From IMG/VR virus record IMGVR_UViG_3300025357_000003, positions 1-36,490 of that record: DNA of 36,490 nucleotides, one strand, 5' to 3'. The DNA comes from a virus. Lineage: Duplodnaviria > Caudoviricetes. The notes under the pieces are model-generated. The model made no database searches. It was given only the letters and a program-made list of their open reading frames with translations, and was not told the origin of the DNA. The translations under genes were made by a program, and so were the position numbers. How positions within the stretch are numbered: the first letter of the stretch is position 1; every line of letters begins with the position of its first letter. Shown piece by piece: positions 7,592 through 17,046 of the stretch.

Positions 7592-8400
7592 TAGTAGCCC
7601 ACCGCTGTAACTTCATTGGCGACCAAATACCCGCCAGCAAAGACGCTACCGACATACGGCCCGCCAGAGCTTGCTTTGATCTGGTACTGAATGTCGGTCC
7701 CACCTGGGTGAGGGGTTGGTACGCTGTAAGGTATCTCAAAGATTTGAACAAACGGCGACTGACTGAGCAGCGTCGTGTTGGCGTTGTTCGTGAACGTGTA
7801 GCCGTTCTGCGTGTAAGTCGAAGACAAGTTAAACTTGTTGTATTCAGCAAACGTGAAATATGCACTCGACGTAAAGCCGATGCTCCCGTTTGCTTGCAAA
7901 TGTGCCAAATAGAATGTGTAACCATTCGGAACCGAATAGATCGACATCTGGGTCTGACCAACGCCAGCATTGATCTGAGCATACAGCGTGCTGCTGATCT
8001 TGCCCGTGATATTCCCGGCATTCACACCATTGGTGCAATACAAACCGTTAATACGGAAGTATGAGTTCACCGACGTTGCAGTGCCAGAACCATTTAACGT
8101 CACCACTTCCGACAACAAGTTGAAACTGGCATCCAAACCCTGAATGGCGATGCTCAGGTTAGCGTCTGTAGCGCCAGAAGCACTCAATAGAACAACCTGA
8201 CCAGCCGAACTAGGATAAGCGTAAGCACCACCCGATTGCGTCAACCCTTCCCAAAGCGGGCCAAGAGCAGTACCGCCAACCTGAGTGCTGTAACCAAAAA
8301 TCTCAACAGGCTGATGGTAAGGGATCTGACCACGGCCTACTTGCAGCTCAAACGGCTCGTGCCGCCCGTGCTGCGTCATGGAAAAAGTTGTCTGTGCCAT
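7591..8400 (-). CDS. Putative virion beta-rich protein
   Basis: 269 aa, G/S/T/N-rich, in the late operon. Confidence 0.65.
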   Translation of the reverse strand: MAQTTFSMTQHGRHEPFELQVGRGQIPYHQPVEIFGYSTQVGGTALGPLWEGLTQSGGAYAYPSSAGQVVLLSASGATDANLSIAIQGLDASFNLLSEVVTLNGSGTATSVNSYFRINGLYCTNGVNAGNITGKISSTLYAQINAGVGQTQMSIYSVPNGYTFYLAHLQANGSIGFTSSAYFTFAEYNKFNLSSTYTQNGYTFTNNANTTLLSQSPFVQIFEIPYSVPTPHPGGTDIQYQIKASSGGPYVGSVFAGGYLVANEVTAVGY

Positions 8401-8636
8401 TAGACGCTACCCTTCTCCGGCTTGCTGACGGGGCTGTTCTTGTAATCGGTGGGATTACCAGAATAGTTCCAGACAGACTGAAAGCCCCCAATGGGAGCCT
8501 TGCCGGGGGTGAAGGTGCCGCCGCCGTACCCGTAGCCGTCACGAGGCTTCTGGGGGCGAACAGGGACAGAATGAGCGCCTAGACCAGGATACTCAGGGTC
8601 ATTCGCCACGTTCTTGTAAGTGTTGCGGTTTTTCAT
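8400..8636 (-). CDS. Hypothetical G/P-rich protein
   Basis: AAGGAG RBS before MKNRNTYK; TAATG coupling to the next gene. Confidence 0.6.
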   Translation of the reverse strand: MKNRNTYKNVANDPEYPGLGAHSVPVRPQKPRDGYGYGGGTFTPGKAPIGGFQSVWNYSGNPTDYKNSPVSKPEKGSV

Positions 8637-8853
8637 GTGCAGGCTCCTTCTTAGGTCCACGCGTTTCTTTGGTAAGGCTTGGGATATAAACCAGCACCGC
8701 AAACCCGACGGCGATGTACAGGCGCTCCATCGACGGAGCATACATGGCCCAAGCAGCGAGACCGAAAGTCATCCACAAACCCATGAGGGTCAGTAGCCGA
8801 GCTGTGACGACGGCCAAGGCCGTGCGCACGAGCGCTATAACAGAAGCATCCAC
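8599..8853 (-). CDS. Small membrane protein, holin candidate
   Basis: Two hydrophobic helices and a charged C-terminus; GGGGAC upstream of the GTG. Confidence 0.6.
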   Translation of the reverse strand: MDASVIALVRTALAVVTARLLTLMGLWMTFGLAAWAMYAPSMERLYIAVGFAVLVYIPSLTKETRGPKKEPAHEKPQHLQERGE

Positions 8854-8883
8854 GATTTGTCCCCAACGGTTGTTGCGTCGGCA

Positions 8884-9084
8884 TTAGACATCATCCTCTG
8901 TCAGAAAGCCAGACCCGTAAGCGTCGTCGGACATTTTTTGTTTAATCTTTTCAAGGTTCATTGCGCGGTCAATGACTTTGAGTTTGATTTCCAGATCAAC
9001 AGACGCATCCGACATCACGGCCTTCAGGAGGTCGCTTACGGCCTTTTCGAGGTCAGGGTTGATGCCGCTGGACTTTTTGCTCAC
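8884..9084 (-). CDS. Hypothetical protein
   Basis: GGAG RBS, GTG start, 66 aa helical (SKKSSGINPDLEKAV...). Confidence 0.65.
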   Translation of the reverse strand: MSKKSSGINPDLEKAVSDLLKAVMSDASVDLEIKLKVIDRAMNLEKIKQKMSDDAYGSGFLTEDDV

Positions 9085-9086
9085 CG

Positions 9087-11378
9087 CTATCTCCCAATGA
9101 TCTTGTAAAGCTCGTATCCGCTTAGACCAGCAACCGGAAGCGCGCCAAGCGTCCATTTCCATCCAGTCTTGATCATCCAAGCTTTCAAGGCCGTTTTCAT
9201 CGCGTCTGCGGCAACCTCTGTTTGCGCCTGCAAAGACGCTTGTTGCAGCGCAGCACCAAGTTCATCTAGTTGAGCAGCCGGGAATACGCCGGTTTCTTCC
9301 AATCTGGCGCGCAACCTAGGCCAATTGTTCAAGGCGGCTTGCGGCTCACCAGCAATTGTTTTTTCAAACTCGCTGATTGCCTTTGTCGTGCTTTCAAGCG
9401 CCTTTCCAGCCGCCGAAACCTTCTTGTCCAGAGAATTTTTTGCGGTCTTCGCTTCCGCGTCAATGTCTCTCACAACGTCATTGAAACCGGACTTGAGAAG
9501 ATCAGCTTCTCTATCCCTTTGAGAACGAAGGGCTTTTGTCGCAACGACGTTACCTTCCTGAACCTTCAATGCGTCAGTGTATCGCTTCAGCTTATCTTCC
9601 AAGCCAGGAACAGATTTGTAAAAATCGTTCTTTTCCATCCACTTAACAACGCCAGCGGAGTCGAGGCCCTTGATTTCGTTCGAGGCATACGCTTCACCAA
9701 GTCGGTTGACTTCGCCTTCGCCAAGAAGCTCTTTGGCAAATTTGGTGTCGTCCTTGCTGCGAAACACAAGGCGCGGCAAGTCTTTGCGCGGTGTCGTAAA
9801 CTTGCCGGGCTCATCACGAAAAGGTATTTTTTCTTGAGAACGAAGAGCTTCACCAAGTTCCGTTTCAAACTTGTTGGCTTCCTTGGATGCCTCTTTGTAA
9901 ATAGAAGCAGGCCAGTTCTCTTCACCGACCCATTCTTTCAACGCGCTTTCAATACGCTGCGCAGGGTCTTGATAGCGCTCACCAACCTGCACTTTGAACC
10001 CGGCAGGACCGCCTCTCTGTTCTTGCAAGGCGCGTAGCTCTTGGGCTTTCTTTTTCACCACTTCAAAGTTTACTGGACGGCGGCTTTCCGCTGTTTCAAC
10101 AGCCGCTTGCTGCAACTCCTTGCGAGCTTGCATCATCTTTGCCGCAGGCGACATGGATTTGTTCGGGTTTTGCGCGGCGCGCTTGGCGACTTCTTCTTCG
10201 CTCACAGACGCTGCTTTGCGAGGGAACAGCTCTTTCACAATGTCAGAAGCTACTGCGCGTTCTGCTTTTGTGTATTTAATTAAGTCCTCTTCACCACCTT
10301 CTGCAATTGAAGACAGTTCTTCAAACAGAGATTGACCCTGAGGCGTGGCCTCGAAGGGCTGGACAGCTTCTCTTTCTTTTGCCGCATCAGCGAAAGTCTC
10401 GTACGCTTTTCCACCTTGCGCCTTGCGCGCCTGAGCGGCCTCCCATCTGGAAGCAGCAAGCTTTTCCATATCGTCGGCGACATTCACCGGATCAACAAAC
10501 CCCGTTTGCTTTCTTGATGCCGCCCGTATCGCCTCGTCTTCAGGTGCGACAACAGCGCGGGCTTTCTTCTCAGCTTGAGACATGCGTTCAGCTTGCACGC
10601 CAAGCTCTGACACTTTGCGCTCTTGAACACCCTTCATTGCCGCTTCAAAAGCGTCTTGCGCCTCTTTGGTCCCGGTTCCAAATTGATCTTCAGCAAGTTT
10701 GCGAGCAGCGTCGGACATGCTTTCACCGGTCTTGCGAACGCGGTCTATGATCTGTTCTGACGTAATGACTTCCGGTCGGCGACCAAAAATAGCCCCGCCC
10801 AAACCGCCGATAACGCTGCCAAGAGCGCCACCTTCCAAAGCTTGTAATATTTTTTTCTTGTATTTAGGGACAAGCTCTTCTTCATATGTAGGAGCAGCAG
10901 CGCCATAAATGCCGCCAACTTTGGCCCCGCCCTTAGCGCCTTCCCAAAGACGTTTACCAAAACTTAAACCTTCGGCGACCGCCTCACCTTTCCCAATTGG
11001 CAACGGAATAAAAGCGCCAGTCATCTTTCCCACTTCTTGCATCGTGGGATCGCCGACCGTCTTCAGATATTTCCCAGCTTTTGCCGCATATCCCGTAGGA
11101 TCAACAAGTTCAGCCGCGCCCGTTGCCATTTGAGCAAGACCAGAAACGCCACCCTTAATTCCTTCTGTTTGGCCTTTTTGAAATTGCTCTTGCTGTTTGG
11201 GATCAAAAAACATGAAACCGCCATCAGGAAGCGCCATGCCTTCGGGCCCTTTTTTTTCTGGCGTTGATTTAGGACCGCCATAATGTTTTTTCATTGCGCC
11301 TTTAATGACGTCGGAACTTGTTCCTTCAGGAAAGGAAAAGCTAGAACCGTCTGGGCCAGAAATTTCAATGTCAGCCAT
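9087..11378 (-). CDS. Putative internal virion/ejection protein
   Basis: 763 aa helical; N-terminal GPDG..FSFPEGT; Gly-rich hydrophobic segment; position after the tail genes. Confidence 0.65.
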   Translation of the reverse strand: MADIEISGPDGSSFSFPEGTSSDVIKGAMKKHYGGPKSTPEKKGPEGMALPDGGFMFFDPKQQEQFQKGQTEGIKGGVSGLAQMATGAAELVDPTGYAAKAGKYLKTVGDPTMQEVGKMTGAFIPLPIGKGEAVAEGLSFGKRLWEGAKGGAKVGGIYGAAAPTYEEELVPKYKKKILQALEGGALGSVIGGLGGAIFGRRPEVITSEQIIDRVRKTGESMSDAARKLAEDQFGTGTKEAQDAFEAAMKGVQERKVSELGVQAERMSQAEKKARAVVAPEDEAIRAASRKQTGFVDPVNVADDMEKLAASRWEAAQARKAQGGKAYETFADAAKEREAVQPFEATPQGQSLFEELSSIAEGGEEDLIKYTKAERAVASDIVKELFPRKAASVSEEEVAKRAAQNPNKSMSPAAKMMQARKELQQAAVETAESRRPVNFEVVKKKAQELRALQEQRGGPAGFKVQVGERYQDPAQRIESALKEWVGEENWPASIYKEASKEANKFETELGEALRSQEKIPFRDEPGKFTTPRKDLPRLVFRSKDDTKFAKELLGEGEVNRLGEAYASNEIKGLDSAGVVKWMEKNDFYKSVPGLEDKLKRYTDALKVQEGNVVATKALRSQRDREADLLKSGFNDVVRDIDAEAKTAKNSLDKKVSAAGKALESTTKAISEFEKTIAGEPQAALNNWPRLRARLEETGVFPAAQLDELGAALQQASLQAQTEVAADAMKTALKAWMIKTGWKWTLGALPVAGLSGYELYKIIGR

Positions 11379-12880
11379 TATTGAGGCTCCATTTCGTCCG
11401 TTTCTGGATTGTATTTATATTTTCCAGCCTTCATCGTTGAAGAGCTAGGAGCAGACCCATCCGACAATCTTGGGTACGATCTGCCAATGATGTCGTTGCC
11501 CATTTCCAAAAGATTGTTGTAATTAATCTTTTGGCTGGCCTGAGCTGCGCCTTTAGCAACTTCAGACGAATGCTCTTTCATCAACTGAACAAACCCTTCT
11601 GGCGAAAATTGTTCAGGGCTTAACAAGCTGTTGTATCGCTGCTGCAACGCAACAGTGAAGCCTTTTGAACCACCAGCAACCGCGCGTTCGTAGTCGGTCA
11701 AAAACTTGGCGTATCTTTTGGCAAAACGAAGAGCTTTCTGGGCTTTTTCATCTTGCCCAAATTGGCTTTCGGTTGCGTTCGCAGTGCTTACGTCTCCGCT
11801 TCTAAAGCTTGTGACGTAACGATCAATAAGCTGATTAAATTGACCGCCACGGCCAATTACGTCTTTGTTTTTTGAAACGTAATCAGCCATGTCAAGGGCA
11901 TCTGCCATGGTTGTCGCAGCAAGATTAATAGCGGGGGCTTGCGCGCCAACTTCAGCACCAGTGAACTTGCGCACCATTTCCTGAGCTTCTGGAGCCTTCC
12001 GTTCCGTCACAGGAACAGATTTAAGGGGCGTAACTGTTACGCCGTCTTTTTGCAATTGGCTGATTTGAGACGGGTAAATTTGAACAAGTTTTCTGTCCGC
12101 GCCTTCGCCAACATAAACCCATTCGCCCTTACCAATACCTAATCCTTCGTCTGCTTTAACCTTAGCGGTTCTGATTTGCTCTGCCGAACGGATCATAGAG
12201 TCCAGCAACGGGCCAGGGTTCCCGCCAGCCTTGTCCAGCATGGCGAGCGCGACCTTGGAGTTCGCTTCTAGAGCGGCGACGCGAGCCGCTTGAATGCCAG
12301 CCTGACGGTCAGTGGCAAATATCTTGGCAGACTGGGCCAGCTTGTCCTGAAAGACCTTGTAGCTGTTTTCCCACTCACGCATAGCGGTGTCGTACTTTTG
12401 CTTCTCAAAGTCGATGCGCTGCTTGTTGCCTTCTTGATAGCCCTTCAGCATACCAGTCATAGCATCCATAGCGTTGAGGCCGCTCATTTGACCTTTTGCG
12501 CCAATCAACATAGCGGCAATAGGCATGAGAACGGCAAGGCCATTCAAGCCCTGTTGAGTGTCAGGCGTAATGTTCATCTTTGGACGTTCGGCCATGAGCT
12601 TGTCATAACCGCCCAACTGGCCCCTCAACTGAGAGGCTTCTGACTGATACGCTTTCTGTTCAGCCTTTTCCTTAGCAATATCAATATTGCTTTGTTGCTG
12701 AATTTTAGATTTTTCAGTTTCGGTTTGTTGTTTCATCAAACGCTTGATTGGCTCATCAAGAGGCGTTTCAAACGCAGTCAACCCGCGCTGAAAGCCGGGG
12801 TCGCTCTCAGTAGGCCCGTCAGTCGTCGGCATGGGTGCGCCGACTAGTGAACGTGGGGTATCTGCTGTAACATCAACCAT
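11378..12880 (-). CDS. Putative internal virion/ejection protein
   Basis: 500 aa A/Q/K-rich helical protein; TAATG-coupled to the next gene. Confidence 0.6.
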   Translation of the reverse strand: MVDVTADTPRSLVGAPMPTTDGPTESDPGFQRGLTAFETPLDEPIKRLMKQQTETEKSKIQQQSNIDIAKEKAEQKAYQSEASQLRGQLGGYDKLMAERPKMNITPDTQQGLNGLAVLMPIAAMLIGAKGQMSGLNAMDAMTGMLKGYQEGNKQRIDFEKQKYDTAMREWENSYKVFQDKLAQSAKIFATDRQAGIQAARVAALEANSKVALAMLDKAGGNPGPLLDSMIRSAEQIRTAKVKADEGLGIGKGEWVYVGEGADRKLVQIYPSQISQLQKDGVTVTPLKSVPVTERKAPEAQEMVRKFTGAEVGAQAPAINLAATTMADALDMADYVSKNKDVIGRGGQFNQLIDRYVTSFRSGDVSTANATESQFGQDEKAQKALRFAKRYAKFLTDYERAVAGGSKGFTVALQQRYNSLLSPEQFSPEGFVQLMKEHSSEVAKGAAQASQKINYNNLLEMGNDIIGRSYPRLSDGSAPSSSTMKAGKYKYNPETDEMEPQ

Positions 12881-12892
12881 GTTTCACCTTTA

Positions 12893-14194
12893 TCAGCGAG
12901 CGTACATCATGGCGAGAAGACCGGCCATCTGAGCGGCAGACGATCCAAGCTTCGCAGACATATCAAGACCAGTTTGAATGCCCGTTATTTGGCCTGTAAG
13001 CTCATCCTTGATGCCCTGCGCCATAAGCGGGTTGTACTGGCCGAACAAAGAGTTCGCCGCTGCCAATTGGCTGTCAAGCAAATTTTGACGAACGCGAGCC
13101 ATCGCTTCGCCAGCCTGAATGCCGCTGACAGCGCCGCCAGACCGTTCAGCTGCCTGAGCAATTTGCGCACGGGCTATTTGCTCCGCTTGCAAATTTGCAG
13201 GCGTCAGCGCGCCCTGTTGATATAAGCCATAAGCCTGCGAGGCCTGTTGACCCAGCGGAACTGCCAAAGCGCGAGTCTGTGCTGCGGCTTGATTATACGC
13301 CGCCTGCTCCGCTGTTGCCGCCTTCTTGGCCTGTGACTGACCTAATAACGTAGTAAGACCCAACCCACCCACTCCGAGAGCAGCAATCAGGTCTTTGGTG
13401 GCGATGTTCCCAAACGGGGTTTGAATACCGCCAGTTGCAGGTGCAGCTTTGCCCTCAGCCGCGGCCACGCCCTTTTGAAATTCTTCAAACGACGGCGGTT
13501 GGTAAAGACCACCAGGTTTATTTGAGTCTCCAGTTAAAGCTGCAACATCTGGTGCAACAGAAGCGGCAACAGATGGAGCATTTTGGGCACCAAGCATTTG
13601 CAATGTCAGCGCGTCATCCCTGGGGCTGCCTGACTGCACAAATTCAACAGGAGACGTATCTCCATACGCCTTTGCGGCTACGTCTGCGGGCAAAGGCTGC
13701 CCTGCTGTCCGATAAGCATTCTGAACATCAGGGTTTGCAGAAGCGTATTGGTTTGGCAACAATCCAGCAAAGTACTCGCCGCCTGAAGAGGGTTGAAACC
13801 CGCCTTCAAATTGAGCGGCTTGGAAAGGTTGTTCAAACCCTTGTGAAGGCTGAGACAGGAACGTGTAATCCTGCGTCGGGCCTTGATAAGTAGGAGCCTG
13901 TGTAACAGCTTCGGGCGTGTAAGACGGCGCGGAAAAATCCACGCCTTGCTGGGCCATAGGTGTCGCGTCGAAGAGGCCGCTGAAATCGAACCCGTCATCG
14001 AACTCAGGAAGCCCTGTGTCGGGATTGATGGTTCCAGACCCGCCCCTTGCCTTCAGCATAGCAGCTTCACGCGGCGTGATATGCGCCAGCATGGTGTCAC
14101 GGCCACGGCCCTTCTTGCGAAGTTCCTCAGCAGCTTTCCGCAGCGGCAGGCGGGATATGTCGGTCTTGAGGACTTTCGCGAGGGTCTTTGCCAT
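12893..14194 (-). CDS. Putative internal virion protein
   Basis: GRGRDTMLAHITPREAAMLKARGGSGTINPDTGLPEF motif common in podovirus-like phage proteins; A/Q-rich C-terminus. Confidence 0.65.
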   Translation of the reverse strand: MAKTLAKVLKTDISRLPLRKAAEELRKKGRGRDTMLAHITPREAAMLKARGGSGTINPDTGLPEFDDGFDFSGLFDATPMAQQGVDFSAPSYTPEAVTQAPTYQGPTQDYTFLSQPSQGFEQPFQAAQFEGGFQPSSGGEYFAGLLPNQYASANPDVQNAYRTAGQPLPADVAAKAYGDTSPVEFVQSGSPRDDALTLQMLGAQNAPSVAASVAPDVAALTGDSNKPGGLYQPPSFEEFQKGVAAAEGKAAPATGGIQTPFGNIATKDLIAALGVGGLGLTTLLGQSQAKKAATAEQAAYNQAAAQTRALAVPLGQQASQAYGLYQQGALTPANLQAEQIARAQIAQAAERSGGAVSGIQAGEAMARVRQNLLDSQLAAANSLFGQYNPLMAQGIKDELTGQITGIQTGLDMSAKLGSSAAQMAGLLAMMYAR

Positions 14195-15075
14195 TACGTC
14201 ACCGTGCTTCCGACATCCCTGAGGGACTTATCCGTTGAACTCCAGACGTTCTGCGGACCCTTGTCTTCCGACGACCCGCCGAGAACCGGACCACCGGGAC
14301 TATAGCTCGAACCGGGCGCGGAGAACAGTGCCGATCCAAGGGCGCTGGGAGCCCCGGCAAGCTGGAAGGATTGCGATGCGCCACCCGCATACGGAGAAGA
14401 CGTTGCGACCGTCGGCTGCGCAGATGTCGATTGCGTCCCGCTCCTGCCTGAAGCAGGGAATGCTTTGCCCAACTCGTAACTGATAGCTGGAGATAGAAGG
14501 GCGCTCGCCGCCTTGCCAGGCAAGCCGTAATCTTGAAGGTTAAGGGCTGAGGACAAGCCCGCAGATAAACCGCCAGCCGCGCCACTGATCCCAGCCGTTC
14601 TGAGCGCCGAACTAAGGTTCGCACCGCCGGTCAAAGCTCCAGCAAGGCCGCCGGCAAAGTTACCAACGCCTTTGACGGCTCCCGCGCCAGCGGCAGTAGA
14701 ACCGGCTATGTTTGGCTGCATGGGGCCAACAACGTTTCCGGCAGGGCCAGCCAATTGGCTTCCAACCAGCCCACCAGCAGCCGTGCCGACCAACCCACCA
14801 ACGCCGCCTGTTAACGCGGCCTTAACAACATTGCCGCCCGTTGCAGCCGCTTCAATAGCGTTTATGCCAGAACCCAGCACAGCGCCGCCTGTCAGCTCGG
14901 CGGCAGTCGTGCCTGCAATGACAGTAGAGGCCGCAAGACTTTCAGCACCAACAGCGCCCAAGATGGCCGATCCAATGGGAGCAGCAAGGCCAGCCGTGAC
15001 AATCGTCGCTACAGCGGCAACCGCGATGCCGATGAACTTGGCGACACTGCCAAAAGTACTTGAAAACCAGCTCAT
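14194..15075 (-). CDS. Gly/Ala-rich glycine-zipper protein (putative ejection/pilot)
   Basis: Hydrophobic GxxxG runs with very few charged residues. Confidence 0.6.
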   Translation of the reverse strand: MSWFSSTFGSVAKFIGIAVAAVATIVTAGLAAPIGSAILGAVGAESLAASTVIAGTTAAELTGGAVLGSGINAIEAAATGGNVVKAALTGGVGGLVGTAAGGLVGSQLAGPAGNVVGPMQPNIAGSTAAGAGAVKGVGNFAGGLAGALTGGANLSSALRTAGISGAAGGLSAGLSSALNLQDYGLPGKAASALLSPAISYELGKAFPASGRSGTQSTSAQPTVATSSPYAGGASQSFQLAGAPSALGSALFSAPGSSYSPGGPVLGGSSEDKGPQNVWSSTDKSLRDVGSTVT

Positions 15076-15076
15076 C

Positions 15077-15607
15077 TCACAAGTCCATTTCTATGACGTA
15101 CATCGGAGACATCTGCATACCAGAATAAACCATTTCCTGCCTGACATTAACAGGCAAGCCGGTGGCCTGCATCATGGCAACGTCTTGACGGTCGTCCGTC
15201 CTGGTGATGACCTTCTTGATGCCCATCTGCCGAAGAGTGTTTGGCAAGACCTTGAGGCGTTGAGCGGCCTCGTTGGGCTCAATAGTGAACGGGTACATCT
15301 CCACCGTGCCGGGCGGGAGAGGCTTGGCCTTGTTGTCTACCTTGTTAAGCAAGAACACGGTCTTGCCGATCTGAACAAGCTGGCTGACTTTTGACTTGAT
15401 GGAACCCGCCAAGTTGCTGATGAAGCTGTTCGCGTCTTTGGGCGGTATCTGAGCCTCCTGAAGAGCGGCTTTCAATATGTCCATAGACGTTGTTGGCTGC
15501 TTCTTGGGAGTTTTCGGAGCTGGAGGCGTAAACGTGCTTTTGGGCGTCAACCCGGTCTGGATGCTGGACGCTTTGATGGGATTTGGTATTGCGGGTTGGG
15601 CCATCAT
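15077..15607 (-). CDS. Hypothetical protein
   Basis: GGAG RBS; ATGA overlap with the upstream gene; MMAQPAIPNP... Confidence 0.65.
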   Translation of the reverse strand: MMAQPAIPNPIKASSIQTGLTPKSTFTPPAPKTPKKQPTTSMDILKAALQEAQIPPKDANSFISNLAGSIKSKVSQLVQIGKTVFLLNKVDNKAKPLPPGTVEMYPFTIEPNEAAQRLKVLPNTLRQMGIKKVITRTDDRQDVAMMQATGLPVNVRQEMVYSGMQMSPMYVIEMDL

Positions 15608-15945
15608 ACAACTCCCAGCGATGCGGAAATCTGCGTATGGATCAGGTAGTGTTGGCTGATCCACTCGTAGAAATCGTCTTCTTTCCTGAAATCCGCATCA
15701 AGCATGTTGAACGGATTGTTGAGACCAAGTACGGACGCAAAATACAGATGTTCGTTCTGATGGTAAAGCAACCAGTCATCGAAGCTATCAAAGTCAACGT
15801 CTGTGATCGGGTATCCAGGCGGAACAGCACCCTGAGCAATTAACGTGTCCCTGAACAACGTGTGTTGCAACGAGTTTTCGAACAGGAAATCTTTCATCCC
15901 GTCCTTGTCGCCGAAGACAACGCTTGAAAGGTTGGCGAAGTTCAT
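15604..15945 (-). CDS. Hypothetical protein
   Basis: 113 aa with repeated W...H...H motifs; ATGA-coupled. Confidence 0.7.
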   Translation of the reverse strand: MNFANLSSVVFGDKDGMKDFLFENSLQHTLFRDTLIAQGAVPPGYPITDVDFDSFDDWLLYHQNEHLYFASVLGLNNPFNMLDADFRKEDDFYEWISQHYLIHTQISASLGVV

Positions 15946-16175
15946 GCCTTGTCCGCCTTCCCATCAAGTTTGTTGAAGATTTGCTTGAGAATGTCCTTCA
16001 TCTCCAAGATGTCGGCCCGGTAGTCCGTTTTGTGGACATACTCGGTGTGCAGCTCTTTTTCGATGTCCTTCAAATCTTCCTGAAGAGCCCGCAATGAGTC
16101 CCAGATGACCTTCAACACCCATCCGATGATGGCTCCAAACCCAGCAATAAGGATGTTGATCAGCTCTTGGCTCAT
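15942..16175 (-). CDS. Single-TM coiled-coil protein (possible holin-like)
   Basis: N-terminal TM then a coiled coil ending in KLDGKADK. Confidence 0.65.
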   Translation of the reverse strand: MSQELINILIAGFGAIIGWVLKVIWDSLRALQEDLKDIEKELHTEYVHKTDYRADILEMKDILKQIFNKLDGKADKA

Positions 16176-16180
16176 GAGTG

Positions 16181-16375
16181 TTAAGACCCCAAAGATAAGG
16201 ACTGTATTTGCGCAGAGATCGCCGCAAGCTGCGCCTGTAGCTCCTCAAGCGTCGGTTTTGGCTGTACAGGCTCCTGTATAGTAGCAGCATAGGCCAGCGC
16301 AGCCGCCTCTTCCTCTGGCGTGAACTGGATGACCTTTACTTCGCCGGTTTCGACGTTGACTTCAATTCGTTCCAT
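16181..16375 (-). CDS. Small tail-fibre-associated protein
   Basis: AGGAGG RBS; VNVETGEV...TPEE...PTLEELQAQL; follows a fibre gene. Confidence 0.6.
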   Translation of the reverse strand: MERIEVNVETGEVKVIQFTPEEEAAALAYAATIQEPVQPKPTLEELQAQLAAISAQIQSLSLGS

Positions 16376-16384
16376 GTGAGCCTC

Positions 16385-17038
16385 CTATTCGTATAGGATG
16401 TTGACGGAGCCAGCGTCAAATGTGTCGGTGCCATTAACTGTGGTCAATCTGATCTGTGTCAAAGCACTTGCAAGAGTAATTGGAGTTGCGGTAACAAACA
16501 CCGCACCTACGTTTCCGGTTCTAACTCCGGTCCCCATGTAAGTCCAAACATTGCCGGTCAAATTATTTAATATAAACACTCCAGAAGTTGTGTCAGTATT
16601 TGCATTAAAACCAAAAACAGTAAGCCCGGTTGTAAGTGCTGCGCCTCCTGCCGCAACGGAAGCAGAATTGATAAACCCATAATTGCTTGAATATCCAGAA
16701 GTTGCAAAACCTCCAGATGTCCCAATTTGTATTTGAGTTAAAGAAGTCCCGTTCGTGCTAACACCATTAAGCATCATTGTTATGCGCTTTACCCAAGCAG
16801 GCAAACCAGTAAACGTAATGCTAGTTCCACTAGTAGACGCTACAGCAGTGCCCTGCACAATCTTCTGCGTCGATGACCATGTGGAGCCGTCTGTCGTGAA
16901 GATGGTATTGCCAGTTGTTCCTGGTGAAACGGCGACAATAGGGCCTGTTGTGTTAGGAAGGGTAAGTGTTGCTGTTCCGCTTGAAGACGCGACGATGGTT
17001 GCGGACCCTGCGGCTGAGTGATCAATGTTTACTGCCAT
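16385..17038 (-). CDS. Tail fibre/spike-associated protein
   Basis: S/T/G-rich; ASTSGTSITFTGLPAWVKRIT...GTDTFDAGSVNILYE. Confidence 0.7.
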   Translation of the reverse strand: MAVNIDHSAAGSATIVASSSGTATLTLPNTTGPIVAVSPGTTGNTIFTTDGSTWSSTQKIVQGTAVASTSGTSITFTGLPAWVKRITMMLNGVSTNGTSLTQIQIGTSGGFATSGYSSNYGFINSASVAAGGAALTTGLTVFGFNANTDTTSGVFILNNLTGNVWTYMGTGVRTGNVGAVFVTATPITLASALTQIRLTTVNGTDTFDAGSVNILYE

Positions 17039-17046
17039 GTGCCACC